This document shows positions 37,444 to 47,726 of a stretch of 64,000 bases of DNA, piece after piece (positions within the stretch are counted from its first letter, which is position 1; each line of letters starts with the position of its first letter). The position numbers and the translations under genes are program-made. Origin of the DNA: Candidatus Latescibacterota bacterium. Its GTDB lineage: Bacteria > Latescibacterota > UBA2968 > UBA8231. Below the pieces are notes generated by a model that saw nothing but the letters and a program-made list of their open reading frames with translations, had not been told where the DNA came from and ran no database searches. The stretch is taken from assembly GCA_965203355.1 (NCBI GenBank), contig OZ241889.1, forward strand, positions 3,360,001 through 3,424,000. Reading direction: 5' to 3'.

Positions 37444-40080
37444 ATGAAGTGCAAATGGGTCGGTCCCATCTTAGCTGTTTTGCTACTGCAGGGGACGTCA
37501 GGTGGAGCAGTCGAAGTCGGTCTGTTCAATCCCTACATCACGGAAGGAGCCCGAATCAGTCCTGAGACGCTGGTTCCAACTTTGCGGAAGTGGTATCTGC
37601 CCCAAGCACTCTATTCACTATACGGCTGGCAGGGGAGTGCTTACACCAACTATGCTCGGGACCAGTACCGGCGCTATGTGAGAACCGAACTTGAAGGCGA
37701 CCGCTACTACGACCTCTACGGCAATTACTTCACCAAAGGCTGGAACATCTACAACTTCACGAATGAGTATCCGAGGGATTTCGGGAGCGGAATATGGAAA
37801 GATCCCAACTTCAGCCAGTGGTTCAATCGTCTCATCGTAGTCTCTGGAGCCAAGGGGCAGTTCCACACCGCTCTGACCATCGGCGAGGGCATTCGCTCCA
37901 CGATGACGCCGCTCACTTTCTCCAAACCATTGTTCGACGGGCTGCAATGGGACTTCCAGACCGATAAATACGGAGTGAGCATCTTGGCGGCGCGAGCCGA
38001 TTCGCCCGGGCGCGTGGCCGTCGCTGTCGACCAAGGAGCGGCGCGCCAAACGACTTTCACTCAATTACTCGGCTTGAATGGAAGCATGGCTGTCGGCGAT
38101 TTCGCTACATTGGGTGGAACCTATCTGACGACCTTTCACCAAAACTCGGCCCTCTCCCTCGACGAAAATTCGCTGCGTGGCGTCCTCGGCGGTCGCCTGA
38201 ATGCGGGAAATGTCCAGCGGCTGATCGTGCGACTAGCAGACGACTCACCAGAGGATGGCGTCGGCGGTGCCCTACTGCTCCGCGAGCGCATTTTCATCAA
38301 TGGCGTTGAGCATCCCGAGATCGACCCGATCATCGAAGGGGGGGTGGCGCGCGAGGGCCTGCTAGAGGCCAGTGGTTCCAATACGGTCACCCTGACGTAT
38401 AACATTGAGACTGATTTCCGGCCGGGCCCCGATGAGGCGATCACTGATTTCCGGGAGATTGAGCGCATCGAAATAGGGCTGGTCGTGGCCAACGACTATC
38501 TCGTAGAAGTCGCGTCGAACTTGCAAACCAACGCGGCGCTGGAGCCCGCCTTCCTGCCCGTCGCCCAAGCAGAGGGCAACGTCACGGATGCTTCTAACCA
38601 GCGATTCATCCGCTTTCAGTACGGGGTCCCGTCGAGCAACGAACTGCGAGGAGTGAATCTGGCGATTAGCGATGTGGGGGGGTTCAATCTCCGCTCTGAG
38701 TACGTGAGTAATCGGCGCAACCGACGGTTCCCCAACCAAACCATCCGCAGCAACCAAGCCCTCGCTCACGATGCGTCTGAGGCTTATTACGCTACGGCAT
38801 CGCAGATCGCGTACCCCTTCTTCGGCTACGGGGAACTGTTCAGCGTCGAGCCTGGGTACTCGACGTCTATGTTCATCCCGGACTCGCAAGGTTTCATTGA
38901 TTACGAAGACGAGAAGAATTATCTCTACGAGCTCATCGACGATAACGACGACCAAGATCGCTTTCCCGACTGGCAGCGTCGCGCCGTGAATCTGAGTGCC
39001 CTGTTTCCGAACCAGAATCAATTCCCCGACCGGGAGGTGTTTCCGGGCCTCGACGAGAACCAAGACTTCATCTCCGACTTCAATCAGAATCAGAACAACC
39101 AGCCTGACTACAGCGAGCCGTTCTTCCGCTACCACGTCGATCCGCCCGAGTTCCTTTTCGGCACGGACATGAACAACAATACCGTTGTAGATCGTTTCGA
39201 GAACGACACGGAACCGGATTATCCGTACAAGCGGGACCGCAAGGGATACAATCTCTACGTTGGCGTCGAACTGATGCCGAACAGCCGCCTCATGGTCGGG
39301 CGCTCGCGGATGGAACAACACTCCAGCGACCGTCGGGCCGCTTCCACCTACGGGCTGCTGACGCTGAAGAAGGAATATCCGCAGCGCAGCTTGTCGATTC
39401 AGTTGATGGAGTTCGTCCGCGCCGTCCAGGACGATATCGCCGACGATCTCATCCAGTGGGTGCAGCCAGCCTTCTCGCCCGGTACGATGCAGGACTTCAG
39501 CGATCCTTTGATCGCACAGGATACCTTTATCAACACGCTCTACCTACAGGTAGATTGGAATTCGTTCGTCACGACGCAGACAAAGCTCAAGTACGACGCC
39601 TACAATCAGCAGAGGGATGCGGCGGCGGGAACGCGGGATGAGCGGTTCTTGGGTCTAATCAACAAGGCCGATCGTCAATTCTGGGCAACGGAGACGGTGC
39701 TTTTGTGGCCTCAGTGGAAGCAGCGGTTTTCGTCCCGGACCCCGACCAACCCACGCGAGCGTAGTACGCGCGATCTGGCAGAGCTCTTCTTCTTGCTCGT
39801 CAGCTATAGCATCTCCCCGCAGATGACGCTCGGTTTTGGCACCGAGTACGAGCTTTTCAATAACCTGAAGAGCCGCCCGGACGGTGGTGCCGTTGACTAC
39901 CAAGACGACTTCAGCCGATTGACTTTGGCGTCGCAGTTTTCCAATCAGGCGGCGTATCTGGGCTACGAGTTGACCGCGAACATCGGCATACGGTGGACGC
40001 GACGCAGCGTTCGCGGAGAAGATGCCGACACGAACACCATGATCTTCGTGGACGTGTTTGCGGGCCTCGGAACCGATTGA
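37444..40080 (+). CDS. Large secreted protein, putative outer-membrane beta-barrel with acidic Ca-binding-like loops
   Basis: Signal peptide; aromatic-rich alternating strands in the C-terminal third; DDNDDQDRFPD / DENQDFISD / DMNNNTVVD motifs; ends IFVDVFAGLGTD. Confidence 0.6.
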   Translation: MKCKWVGPILAVLLLQGTSGGAVEVGLFNPYITEGARISPETLVPTLRKWYLPQALYSLYGWQGSAYTNYARDQYRRYVRTELEGDRYYDLYGNYFTKGWNIYNFTNEYPRDFGSGIWKDPNFSQWFNRLIVVSGAKGQFHTALTIGEGIRSTMTPLTFSKPLFDGLQWDFQTDKYGVSILAARADSPGRVAVAVDQGAARQTTFTQLLGLNGSMAVGDFATLGGTYLTTFHQNSALSLDENSLRGVLGGRLNAGNVQRLIVRLADDSPEDGVGGALLLRERIFINGVEHPEIDPIIEGGVAREGLLEASGSNTVTLTYNIETDFRPGPDEAITDFREIERIEIGLVVANDYLVEVASNLQTNAALEPAFLPVAQAEGNVTDASNQRFIRFQYGVPSSNELRGVNLAISDVGGFNLRSEYVSNRRNRRFPNQTIRSNQALAHDASEAYYATASQIAYPFFGYGELFSVEPGYSTSMFIPDSQGFIDYEDEKNYLYELIDDNDDQDRFPDWQRRAVNLSALFPNQNQFPDREVFPGLDENQDFISDFNQNQNNQPDYSEPFFRYHVDPPEFLFGTDMNNNTVVDRFENDTEPDYPYKRDRKGYNLYVGVELMPNSRLMVGRSRMEQHSSDRRAASTYGLLTLKKEYPQRSLSIQLMEFVRAVQDDIADDLIQWVQPAFSPGTMQDFSDPLIAQDTFINTLYLQVDWNSFVTTQTKLKYDAYNQQRDAAAGTRDERFLGLINKADRQFWATETVLLWPQWKQRFSSRTPTNPRERSTRDLAELFFLLVSYSISPQMTLGFGTEYELFNNLKSRPDGGAVDYQDDFSRLTLASQFSNQAAYLGYELTANIGIRWTRRSVRGEDADTNTMIFVDVFAGLGTD

Positions 40081-41687
40081 TGACGAGCATCTTGGTACGC
40101 GTCGTTATCTTGCTGACAGCGGGACTGCTGGCCTGCGGACAGGCCGAACAATACGAGCCGCAGCCTGTTGTCGTCGCCATCATTGACCGGGATACGATCG
40201 ATGTCGAGGCATACAACGAGATGGCGACGACGCTTTTCGCCTCTTCCCATCGCGGCCAAGACCCCGCCAGTCTCGACACGAGGCGTCAACTGCTAAATGC
40301 GATGATAGACAGACAGCTTCTGGTGCTGGAGGGACAACGCAGGAAGCTGGATGCAGCGCCTAAAATCGCAACGGCCCTTGGGCAGCGCGAGCGCAAACTC
40401 CTCTGGCGTGCGCTGTTCAACGCGGTCGCGGTCGACGCGGGGCTCGATACGTCAGGCATCCAGACCTTTGCTGTGGAAGAAGGCTTCACCGAAGAGGTGC
40501 TGCTCCAACACGTGATGCTGGCGAATGAGGCCGATGCGTGGAACGTCCTCGAGGCGCTCGATGCGGGCGAACCGATGGATGTGCTCGCGGTCGAACGTTC
40601 AACCCACCACGAGACCGGGGCCTTGGGAGGCTACTTCAGCTACATGTCTGTATCCGAGGTGCTCCCGGAGGTCAGAGAGCAGATTTTGTCGCTAGCACTT
40701 GGTCAAACCTACCCGGAGCCCCTGACTTCCCGCTACGGGATTCACGTGTTCCGTCTAATTGATCGGCGCCCCGCCGACCTGGCGAGTAGGTGGGATGCTG
40801 TGCTTGAGGAGTTCCGCGTAAGCGAGAGGAGCCGCGTCTTTGAGTCCTTCGCCGACAGCTTGGCGAATGCGCATGGCCTAGTCTGCGTGCCTGCGATCGA
40901 AGACCGCCTAGCATCGGATACGCTCTGTACTTGGGCGGATGGCCAGCTCTTGTCATCCAACGTCGACTGGGCCGCTGCCGAGGATGATCGGCAGCGTTGG
41001 TTGCGCATGAAGGCCCGGGATCAACTGGTCATTGAGGAAGCCAAGCGTCGTGGCATGGACCGCGAACTCGTGGTGCGCGATCAGGTCGAGGCGCTGAGGG
41101 AAGAAATGATGATCGACAGTCTCCAGCAGGTTGTCGTTGGCCGCATTGAGATATCGGATGCCGAAAAACGGGCGTACTACGAGGAACACCCTGAGTTGTA
41201 TGGCCCGCGTCCAACGGTTCGCGTGGCTGAGGTCCTCGTCGCGGATCGTACGCTGGCGCAACGACTCCGCGGCCAAGCAGAGGCGGGTGCCCCGGTCGAT
41301 TCCCTAGCGCGGGTACACAGCATTCGCGAAGTTACGAAAAAAAGAGGCGGGTCGATGTGGCTCGTCACGAGAGACAATCCGCTCTTAGGCGATCTCGCGC
41401 CCCTCGCGCTCGACTCGGAAGTGGGTACGCTCCTAGGCCCTCTCGAAGTACCTGGCGGGTATTCCGTTTTGCGCATCGCCGAAAAGAGCCAGACTCCAGC
41501 GCGACCCTATGAGGCCGTGGAACGGAACATTGAAGCCATTCTCCGTCTGCGCACCGAGCATCAAAAGATGGACTCGCTGCTCGTCCAACTCCGCGTGGAC
41601 TTCGCCGACGAGGTCGCGGTCCATGAAGACGCACTGGACTCCGTACTAACCGATTGGGAAGGTCGCGAAGATGATGCCCAAAATTGA
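40080..41687 (+). CDS. SurA/PrsA-like peptidyl-prolyl isomerase lipoprotein with two PpiC domains
   Basis: Lipobox LLAC, LNAMIDRQLL, LAVERS...GG, PLTSRYGIHVF, LARVHS...GG, GPLEVPGGYSVL. TGATG overlap with the upstream gene. Confidence 0.82.
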   Translation: MTSILVRVVILLTAGLLACGQAEQYEPQPVVVAIIDRDTIDVEAYNEMATTLFASSHRGQDPASLDTRRQLLNAMIDRQLLVLEGQRRKLDAAPKIATALGQRERKLLWRALFNAVAVDAGLDTSGIQTFAVEEGFTEEVLLQHVMLANEADAWNVLEALDAGEPMDVLAVERSTHHETGALGGYFSYMSVSEVLPEVREQILSLALGQTYPEPLTSRYGIHVFRLIDRRPADLASRWDAVLEEFRVSERSRVFESFADSLANAHGLVCVPAIEDRLASDTLCTWADGQLLSSNVDWAAAEDDRQRWLRMKARDQLVIEEAKRRGMDRELVVRDQVEALREEMMIDSLQQVVVGRIEISDAEKRAYYEEHPELYGPRPTVRVAEVLVADRTLAQRLRGQAEAGAPVDSLARVHSIREVTKKRGGSMWLVTRDNPLLGDLAPLALDSEVGTLLGPLEVPGGYSVLRIAEKSQTPARPYEAVERNIEAILRLRTEHQKMDSLLVQLRVDFADEVAVHEDALDSVLTDWEGREDDAQN

Positions 41688-41711
41688 AGAGTACTTGGCT
41701 TTGCAAATATC

Positions 41712-42932
41712 ATGCCCGTCGTTCTCGTCTTCTGCCTACTGAGTGCTTGCGAGCGGCTTGGGCCCGATCGACAGGCGGCTCGGCAGCCGGAAGCCGCCCG
41801 AGCCCTCCTCGACAGTGCGCTTGAGTACTCGGCTCGCGGTGAATCCACTGAAGCGATTCTACTGCTGCGACGGGCGGTACAGCTCGATCCACGGGATCCG
41901 GTCATCCACTACGATCTCGGCAACAATCTGGCGCGGCAGGGGCGTCTCAACCAAGCGGCCGCGTCGTACCAACAAGCGATAGCCCTCGAGCCTAATTACG
42001 CGGCCGCCCATTACAACCTAGCTTCTGTGCATTCCGCAGCGGGACGGCGCGAAGAGGCCGAAGAACGGATGGTGCGGGCGATTGAGGTCGATAGCGGCTA
42101 TCAGCCCGCCCACAAGGCTTTGGCGCAGTTGCGGGAACGGCGCGGCGACTACGACGGGGCCATTGAAGCCCTGGAGATTGCAGTGGGGATCCGTCCCGAC
42201 GACGTGGAGGCACGCAACCTACTGGGCTATCTGCTGGGGAAGCAGGGGCGACGGGATGCGGCCGCCGTGGTTTTGCAGAGAACGCTACAGATCGACTCGA
42301 CCCACGCAGACACTTGGGCACACTTAGGTGCGCTACAACTCGCCGCTAAGGATTTCGCGAGTGCGCGCCCGTATCTCGAGATGGCCGTTCAGTTCAATGC
42401 GCACCATACGAAGGCGCACTTCGATCTAGCCAACTGTCTGATGCGCTTGGGGCAGAAGGAGAGCGGGCGAAAGATGATGCGCCGGTTCGAGATGTTGAGA
42501 TCGATCGACGCGGATATTGTCAAGTTCCGCGAGGCGATCCGCCACGATCCCGCCGATCCGGCTCTGTATCGGGGATTGGCCCGCCTGTACGCGAGCGGGG
42601 GCGAGCCGGACAAAGCGATTCAGCTCTATCGGCAGGCTATCGCACGAGATGCCGAATTTGCCGCTGCCCACAACAACTTGGGAAACCTCCTGCTACGGCA
42701 GAATCGACCCGAAGAGGCGGCGCGGGCCTATCGAGCCGCTTTGCACGCCGACTCCACCTACGCCTTTGCCCACAATGGGATCGGCACCGTCAACTTACTC
42801 GCCGGGAATAGGACCGGTGCCCTGGAGGCCTTTGAGCGTGCCGTCGAATTAGACTCCGCGAACCAAACATTCGCCGACAACCTCAGATCGGTCCAGATAC
42901 TACAACACGCGGAGGAATCGCATGATCGCTGA
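41712..42932 (+). CDS. Tetratricopeptide-repeat lipoprotein
   Basis: Lipobox LSAC; TPRs IHYDLGNNL, AHYNLAS, AHNNLGNLL. Confidence 0.88.
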   Translation: MPVVLVFCLLSACERLGPDRQAARQPEAARALLDSALEYSARGESTEAILLLRRAVQLDPRDPVIHYDLGNNLARQGRLNQAAASYQQAIALEPNYAAAHYNLASVHSAAGRREEAEERMVRAIEVDSGYQPAHKALAQLRERRGDYDGAIEALEIAVGIRPDDVEARNLLGYLLGKQGRRDAAAVVLQRTLQIDSTHADTWAHLGALQLAAKDFASARPYLEMAVQFNAHHTKAHFDLANCLMRLGQKESGRKMMRRFEMLRSIDADIVKFREAIRHDPADPALYRGLARLYASGGEPDKAIQLYRQAIARDAEFAAAHNNLGNLLLRQNRPEEAARAYRAALHADSTYAFAHNGIGTVNLLAGNRTGALEAFERAVELDSANQTFADNLRSVQILQHAEESHDR

Positions 42933-43965
42933 ACGACCTCACATGAAGATCAGACCTATCGCCCTAGCTGCGATGATTTTGGCGCTGGTCGCGAGCAACG
43001 GGTGTGGACCGCAGGCCGCTGAATCCCCCGAAACCGATTCCGCGCCGTCGGGTGAGGAGGAGATCCGGTTGGGGTTTCTGGTGAAAATGCCGGAGGAACT
43101 GTGGTTTCAGAACGAATGGAGATTCGCCCAGCAGTGCGCCGACAAGTACGGATTTGAGCTAATAAAAATTGGCGTCCCAGACGGGGAGAAACTCCTCGCG
43201 GCCATTGACGTCCTCGCGGCCAAGGGAGCCCAGGGCTTTGTCGTTTGTACACCGGACGTTCGGCTGGGGCCAGCCGTGATGGCCAAAGCCGGTAGCCACA
43301 ACATGAAAGTGTTCACGGTGGACGATCAGTTCGTCGGCGCGGATGGCGAGTTTATGGACGTCCCTTACATGGGCATTTCAGCCGAGGAAATCGGGCGCCA
43401 AGTGGGGCGAGAACTCCACAAAGAGTTCGCCAATCGCGGCTGGCCGTTAGAGGAAACGGGGGCGCTTGGGATCGCATTCGACGAACTCGACACCGCACGC
43501 GACCGCATCGAGGGGACGATCGACGCACTGGTCGAGGCGGGCTTCCCGCGGGAGCGCATCTACCTAGGGGCGGAGAAGACCACCGACATTCCAGGGGCTT
43601 TCGATGCGGCCAACATCGTCCTGACCCAGTACCCATCGATCAAACGCTGGTTGGTGTTCTCGATTAATGACGAAGGGGTCCTTGGCGCAGTGCGCGCCCT
43701 AGAAGGGCGCGGGTTTGGCGCGGCCGAGACCATTGGTATTGGCATTGGTGCTGGTACGGGGCTGACCGAATTTGAGAAGGAAGAACCGACGGGGTATTTC
43801 GCCACCTGTATGATTAGCCCCCGCCGTCATGGGTACGAAACGACGGAATTGCTCTACAGATGGGTCAAGGAGGGTATTGCTCCGCCCGCCGACACGCGCA
43901 CTGCTGGCGTCATGGCCTACCGCGATGACTACAAAGAAGTCCAGATAAAGCTGGGGCTTGAGTAG
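42922..43965 (+). CDS. araF: L-arabinose ABC transporter substrate-binding protein
   Basis: LGFLVKMPEELWFQNEW, VPDGEK, GAQGFVVCTPDVRLGPA, TVDDQF, ELDTARDR, DIPGAFDAA closely follow AraF. Confidence 0.88.
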   Translation: MIAERPHMKIRPIALAAMILALVASNGCGPQAAESPETDSAPSGEEEIRLGFLVKMPEELWFQNEWRFAQQCADKYGFELIKIGVPDGEKLLAAIDVLAAKGAQGFVVCTPDVRLGPAVMAKAGSHNMKVFTVDDQFVGADGEFMDVPYMGISAEEIGRQVGRELHKEFANRGWPLEETGALGIAFDELDTARDRIEGTIDALVEAGFPRERIYLGAEKTTDIPGAFDAANIVLTQYPSIKRWLVFSINDEGVLGAVRALEGRGFGAAETIGIGIGAGTGLTEFEKEEPTGYFATCMISPRRHGYETTELLYRWVKEGIAPPADTRTAGVMAYRDDYKEVQIKLGLE

Positions 43966-45489
43966 ATGCCCGTGCCGGTCCCGGAACCCTCGGCGCCTCC
44001 GGCCGTTGAGTTTCACCGCGTCTCGAAGGCATTTCTAGGAGTTCGCGCCCTGGCGGACGTCTCGTTCGCGGTTTGCCCGGGGGAAGTTCGCGCCCTAATC
44101 GGCGAGAACGGGGCGGGAAAGTCCACGCTGCTGAAGATCTTGAGCGGGGTCTATCGGCCCGATGCCGGAAGCGTGGTTCTGGATGGGCGCGCCCGCGTTT
44201 TTCATTCGACGGCGGAAGCCTTGGACGCCGGCGTTGCCGTCATCCATCAGGAACTCCAACTCGTCCCCGAAATGGCTGTGGCCGAAAACCTCTACCTCGG
44301 CCATCTCCCCGCAAGACTCGGGGTCGTGGATCGCCGGCGTCTGCGCGAAGCCGCGCACCGCACCCTAGAACGTTTGGGTGAGGCCATTGACCCGGCCGTC
44401 AAAGTCGGTAGCCTGCCCATCGCGCAACGGCAGATGGTCGAGATCGCCAAAGCCCTGACTCGCGGTGCGCGGGTGTTGGCTTTGGACGAACCCACTAGCA
44501 GCCTTTCCGCCCGAGAAGTGGAACGCCTCTTTGCGACCGTGGCCGAACTCAAGCGCAATGGCTGTGCCGTACTCTACGTCAGCCACCGCATGGACGAACT
44601 GTTCCGCGTGTGCGATTCCGCGACAGTCCTCCGCGACGGTCGCCATGTTGAGACGTTTCACTCTTTGGCAGGAGTATCCCACGACCTGCTAGTCAACCGC
44701 ATGGTCGGCCGCGATATTGCCGATGTCTTCGACTATCGATCTAGTATGCAGCAAGAGACTGCGCTGGAAGTTGTGGGGGTAGAGGGGCCGGGGCTTTCGC
44801 GGCCGGCCTCTTTCGCTGTCGCGAAAGGCGAGATCGTCGGCCTATTTGGGTTGATCGGTGCGGGCCGCAGCGAGTTGCTGCGCTTGGTGTTTGGCGCGGA
44901 ACCCATGCGGGCTGGCGTGGTAAAAGTTTGCGAGCGGCAAATCCCGAGCTCTTCCCCGCACGACTCGATCCGCTCGGGCGTGGCTTTTTGCCCAGAAGAC
45001 CGCAAAAAGGACGGCATCGTGCCCACAGCGTCCGTGCTTGAGAACCTGAACCTCGTCGCCCGGGGTCGCATGGCCCGGCTCGGCTTTGTCGTCAACCATG
45101 TTTGGGAGAGACGCAACGCCCATGATCAGATTAAGCGACTTGGGATCCGCACCCCGTCGGTGGCGCAGAAGATCGTCAACTTGTCTGGCGGAAATCAGCA
45201 AAAAACCATTCTCGCACGGTGGCTGTCTGAGGACGTCAAGGTGCTGCTGCTGGACGAGCCTACGCGCGGTGTGGATGTCGGTGCCAAGAGCGAGATCTAC
45301 GCCATTATCCGCGATCTGGCTGAGCGCGGGGTGGGGGTGGTGTTGGCATCCAGCGATCTCCCGGAAGCCCTCGGCGTGGCGGATCGTTTGCTGGTGATGC
45401 GCGAAGGTGCCATCGTAGCCGCCATGGCCCGCGGCCAAGCCGATGAGGCAGCGGTCCTGCGGTTGGCACTGCCGGTGTCTCCTTCTTAA
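43966..45489 (+). CDS. araG: L-arabinose ABC transporter ATP-binding protein
   Basis: Two ABC domains; GENGAGKSTLLKILSG, QELQLVPEM.VAEN, CPEDRK, LSGGNQQK..LARWLSE. Confidence 0.88.
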   Translation: MPVPVPEPSAPPAVEFHRVSKAFLGVRALADVSFAVCPGEVRALIGENGAGKSTLLKILSGVYRPDAGSVVLDGRARVFHSTAEALDAGVAVIHQELQLVPEMAVAENLYLGHLPARLGVVDRRRLREAAHRTLERLGEAIDPAVKVGSLPIAQRQMVEIAKALTRGARVLALDEPTSSLSAREVERLFATVAELKRNGCAVLYVSHRMDELFRVCDSATVLRDGRHVETFHSLAGVSHDLLVNRMVGRDIADVFDYRSSMQQETALEVVGVEGPGLSRPASFAVAKGEIVGLFGLIGAGRSELLRLVFGAEPMRAGVVKVCERQIPSSSPHDSIRSGVAFCPEDRKKDGIVPTASVLENLNLVARGRMARLGFVVNHVWERRNAHDQIKRLGIRTPSVAQKIVNLSGGNQQKTILARWLSEDVKVLLLDEPTRGVDVGAKSEIYAIIRDLAERGVGVVLASSDLPEALGVADRLLVMREGAIVAAMARGQADEAAVLRLALPVSPS

Positions 45490-45513
45490 ACCCGGCTGAC
45501 AGAGGAAAGAACG

Positions 45514-46482
45514 ATGACGAAATCTACGAACTCGCCACCAACTTCCCCCGGCGCCATGGCCCTTCTCTGGGAGAGCACAGGCATGCTGGTGGTTTTCGCT
45601 GTGCTGTTTGTAGCATGCTCGCTGTTTGTCGAGGACTTTTTCTCGTGGGTGAACGTGAAGGGTTTGGCGTTGGCGGTGTCGCAAATCGGCATGGTTGGAT
45701 GCACGATGCTGTTCTGTTTGGCGTCGGGGGATTTCGATTTGTCAGTCGGCTCGGTCGTGGCTTGCGCGGGAGTCGTGGCGGCGGTTGTGACCAACGCGAT
45801 GGACAGTGTCCTGTTGGGCATGTTGGCAGGCGTGTTGATCGGTGGCACCGTCGGGCTTTGCAACGGCGTTGTGATCGCGCGATTTCGCATCAACGCGTTG
45901 ATCGCGACGCTGGCGACGATGCAGATCGTACGCGGTTTGGGCTTCATCATCTCAGGGGGCCGGGCTGTCGGTGTGGCCGATTCGGGATTCTTCGCCTTGG
46001 GTGCGTCGTCGTTGCTGGGCGTCCCGACGCCGGTCTGGATTGCGTTGGTATGCTTCGTGGTATTTGGGTTTTTGCTCCAGCGGACCACCTTTGGCCGCAA
46101 TACTTTGGCCATTGGCGGCAACAAAGAGGCCGCCCGGCTCTCTGGTATCCCGGTGGCGCGGCTCAAGACGATCATCTTCAGTGTACAGGGTCTGATGGCT
46201 GGGTTCGCGGGGGTGGTCTTGGCCTCGCGCATGACCAGCGGCCAGCCGAAGCCGCCTGAGATGTTCGAACTCCAAGTCATCTCGGCCTGCGTTTTGGGTG
46301 GGGTGTCCTTGACTGGCGGCGTGGGATCAATCGGCTGCGTCATAGCCGGCGTCCTCATCATGGGCGTGGTTGAGAACGCGCTGAATCTGCTCAACGTCCC
46401 GACCTTCTATCAGAACGTGGTTCGGGGTTTCATCCTATTGGTCGCCGTGATGCTCGATCAACTCAAAAATCGCGCCCGCTGA
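45514..46482 (+). CDS. araH: L-arabinose ABC transporter permease
   Basis: GMLVVFAVLF, MLFCLASGDFDLSV, TTFGRNTLAIGGN, ASRMTSGQP, ISACVLGGVSL. Confidence 0.9.
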   Translation: MTKSTNSPPTSPGAMALLWESTGMLVVFAVLFVACSLFVEDFFSWVNVKGLALAVSQIGMVGCTMLFCLASGDFDLSVGSVVACAGVVAAVVTNAMDSVLLGMLAGVLIGGTVGLCNGVVIARFRINALIATLATMQIVRGLGFIISGGRAVGVADSGFFALGASSLLGVPTPVWIALVCFVVFGFLLQRTTFGRNTLAIGGNKEAARLSGIPVARLKTIIFSVQGLMAGFAGVVLASRMTSGQPKPPEMFELQVISACVLGGVSLTGGVGSIGCVIAGVLIMGVVENALNLLNVPTFYQNVVRGFILLVAVMLDQLKNRAR

Positions 46483-46574
46483 CGAGTTTGACCGCTCGGC
46501 GCGTTCCAACTTTCTTTTTGGCCTTCCTCAGCGACAACCCTGTATCCTCGCTAGATAACGACAAGGAGCGCGAA

Positions 46575-47726
46575 ATGGACAAGGTGAGAATTGGCATCAT
46601 CGGTCTCGGCGGCATGGGCAACAGCCACGCCAGCTATCTCTCGCAAGGCCAGATCAACGGGGCGGAACTCGCGGCTGTCGCCGATGTTGATCCGGCCCGG
46701 CTCGCGGATGTGCAAGACAAATACGGCGCGGGTGTGCAAGCGTTTGCCGGGGCGGATGCGCTGTTTGCCGCCCAATGCGTGGACGCGGTGATCGTCGCCA
46801 CCCCCCACTACTTCCATCCCCCGCTGGTGATCCAAGCGCTCGAAAACGGCCTACACGCGATGAGCGAAAAGCCGGCTGGAGTCTATACGCGCCAAGTCCG
46901 GGCGATGAACGAGGCCGCCGCCCAAAGCGACCGGGTCTTTGGCATGATGTTCAACCAGCGTGCGCGCGGCGAGCATCAAAAGCTAAAGTCGCTGGTTGCA
47001 TCCGGCGAACTGGGGCCGATTCGGCGCACCATCTACATCATCAACAACTGGTTCCGCGCCCAGAGCTACTACGATTCAGGCGGCTGGCGGGCGACTTGGG
47101 CAGGTGAGGGCGGCGGCGTGTTGGCCAACCAATGTCCGCACAACCTCGACCTATGGCAGTGGATTTGCGGGATGCCGCAGCGGGTGCGGGCCTTTTGTCG
47201 CTTTGGACAATACCACGAGATTGAGGTTGAAGACGACGTAACGGCCTATGTCGAATACGAGAATGGTGCTACGGGTGTTTTTATCACTTCGACGGGCGAG
47301 GCTCCGGGGACGAATCGGCTGGAGATTTCGGCGGACCGCGGCAAGGTGGTGTTGGAGGACGGCAAAATCACCTTTTGGCGCACGACCGAGTCGGCGCGCA
47401 AGTTCCTCGTGGAGTGGCCGCATGGGTTTGGCAGCCCAGAGGTCTGGAAGTGCGAGGTCCCGGGCGGCGGCGGCGAGGAGCACAAGGGGATTACCCAGAA
47501 CTGGGTGCAAGCCATCCGCACGGGGTCGCCGCTGTTGGCGGCGGGGACTGAGGGGATCAACGGCGTGGAGTTGGCTAATGCGATGTTGCTTTCGACGTGG
47601 ACGGACGATTGGGTGCCTATTCCGGTGGATGAGGATTTGTACTACGAGGAATTGCAAAAGCGGGTGGCTACCTCCGCGGCGAAGCAGGAAGGCGGCAGGG
47701 TGATGGAGGTGCAGGGGACGTTTTAA
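46575..47726 (+). CDS. Gfo/Idh/MocA family oxidoreductase
   Basis: IGIIGLGGMG, ATPHYFH, SEKPAG, WRATWAGEGGGVL.NQCPH.LD. AAGGAG RBS. Confidence 0.93.
   Translation: MDKVRIGIIGLGGMGNSHASYLSQGQINGAELAAVADVDPARLADVQDKYGAGVQAFAGADALFAAQCVDAVIVATPHYFHPPLVIQALENGLHAMSEKPAGVYTRQVRAMNEAAAQSDRVFGMMFNQRARGEHQKLKSLVASGELGPIRRTIYIINNWFRAQSYYDSGGWRATWAGEGGGVLANQCPHNLDLWQWICGMPQRVRAFCRFGQYHEIEVEDDVTAYVEYENGATGVFITSTGEAPGTNRLEISADRGKVVLEDGKITFWRTTESARKFLVEWPHGFGSPEVWKCEVPGGGGEEHKGITQNWVQAIRTGSPLLAAGTEGINGVELANAMLLSTWTDDWVPIPVDEDLYYEELQKRVATSAAKQEGGRVMEVQGTF

Noticed and set aside
24256-46575. Defined genomic-island boundaries for the surface-protein locus
   Set aside because: No integrase, tRNA or flanking direct repeat found by eye. 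The compositional difference is only an impression and needs k-mer/codon analysis.
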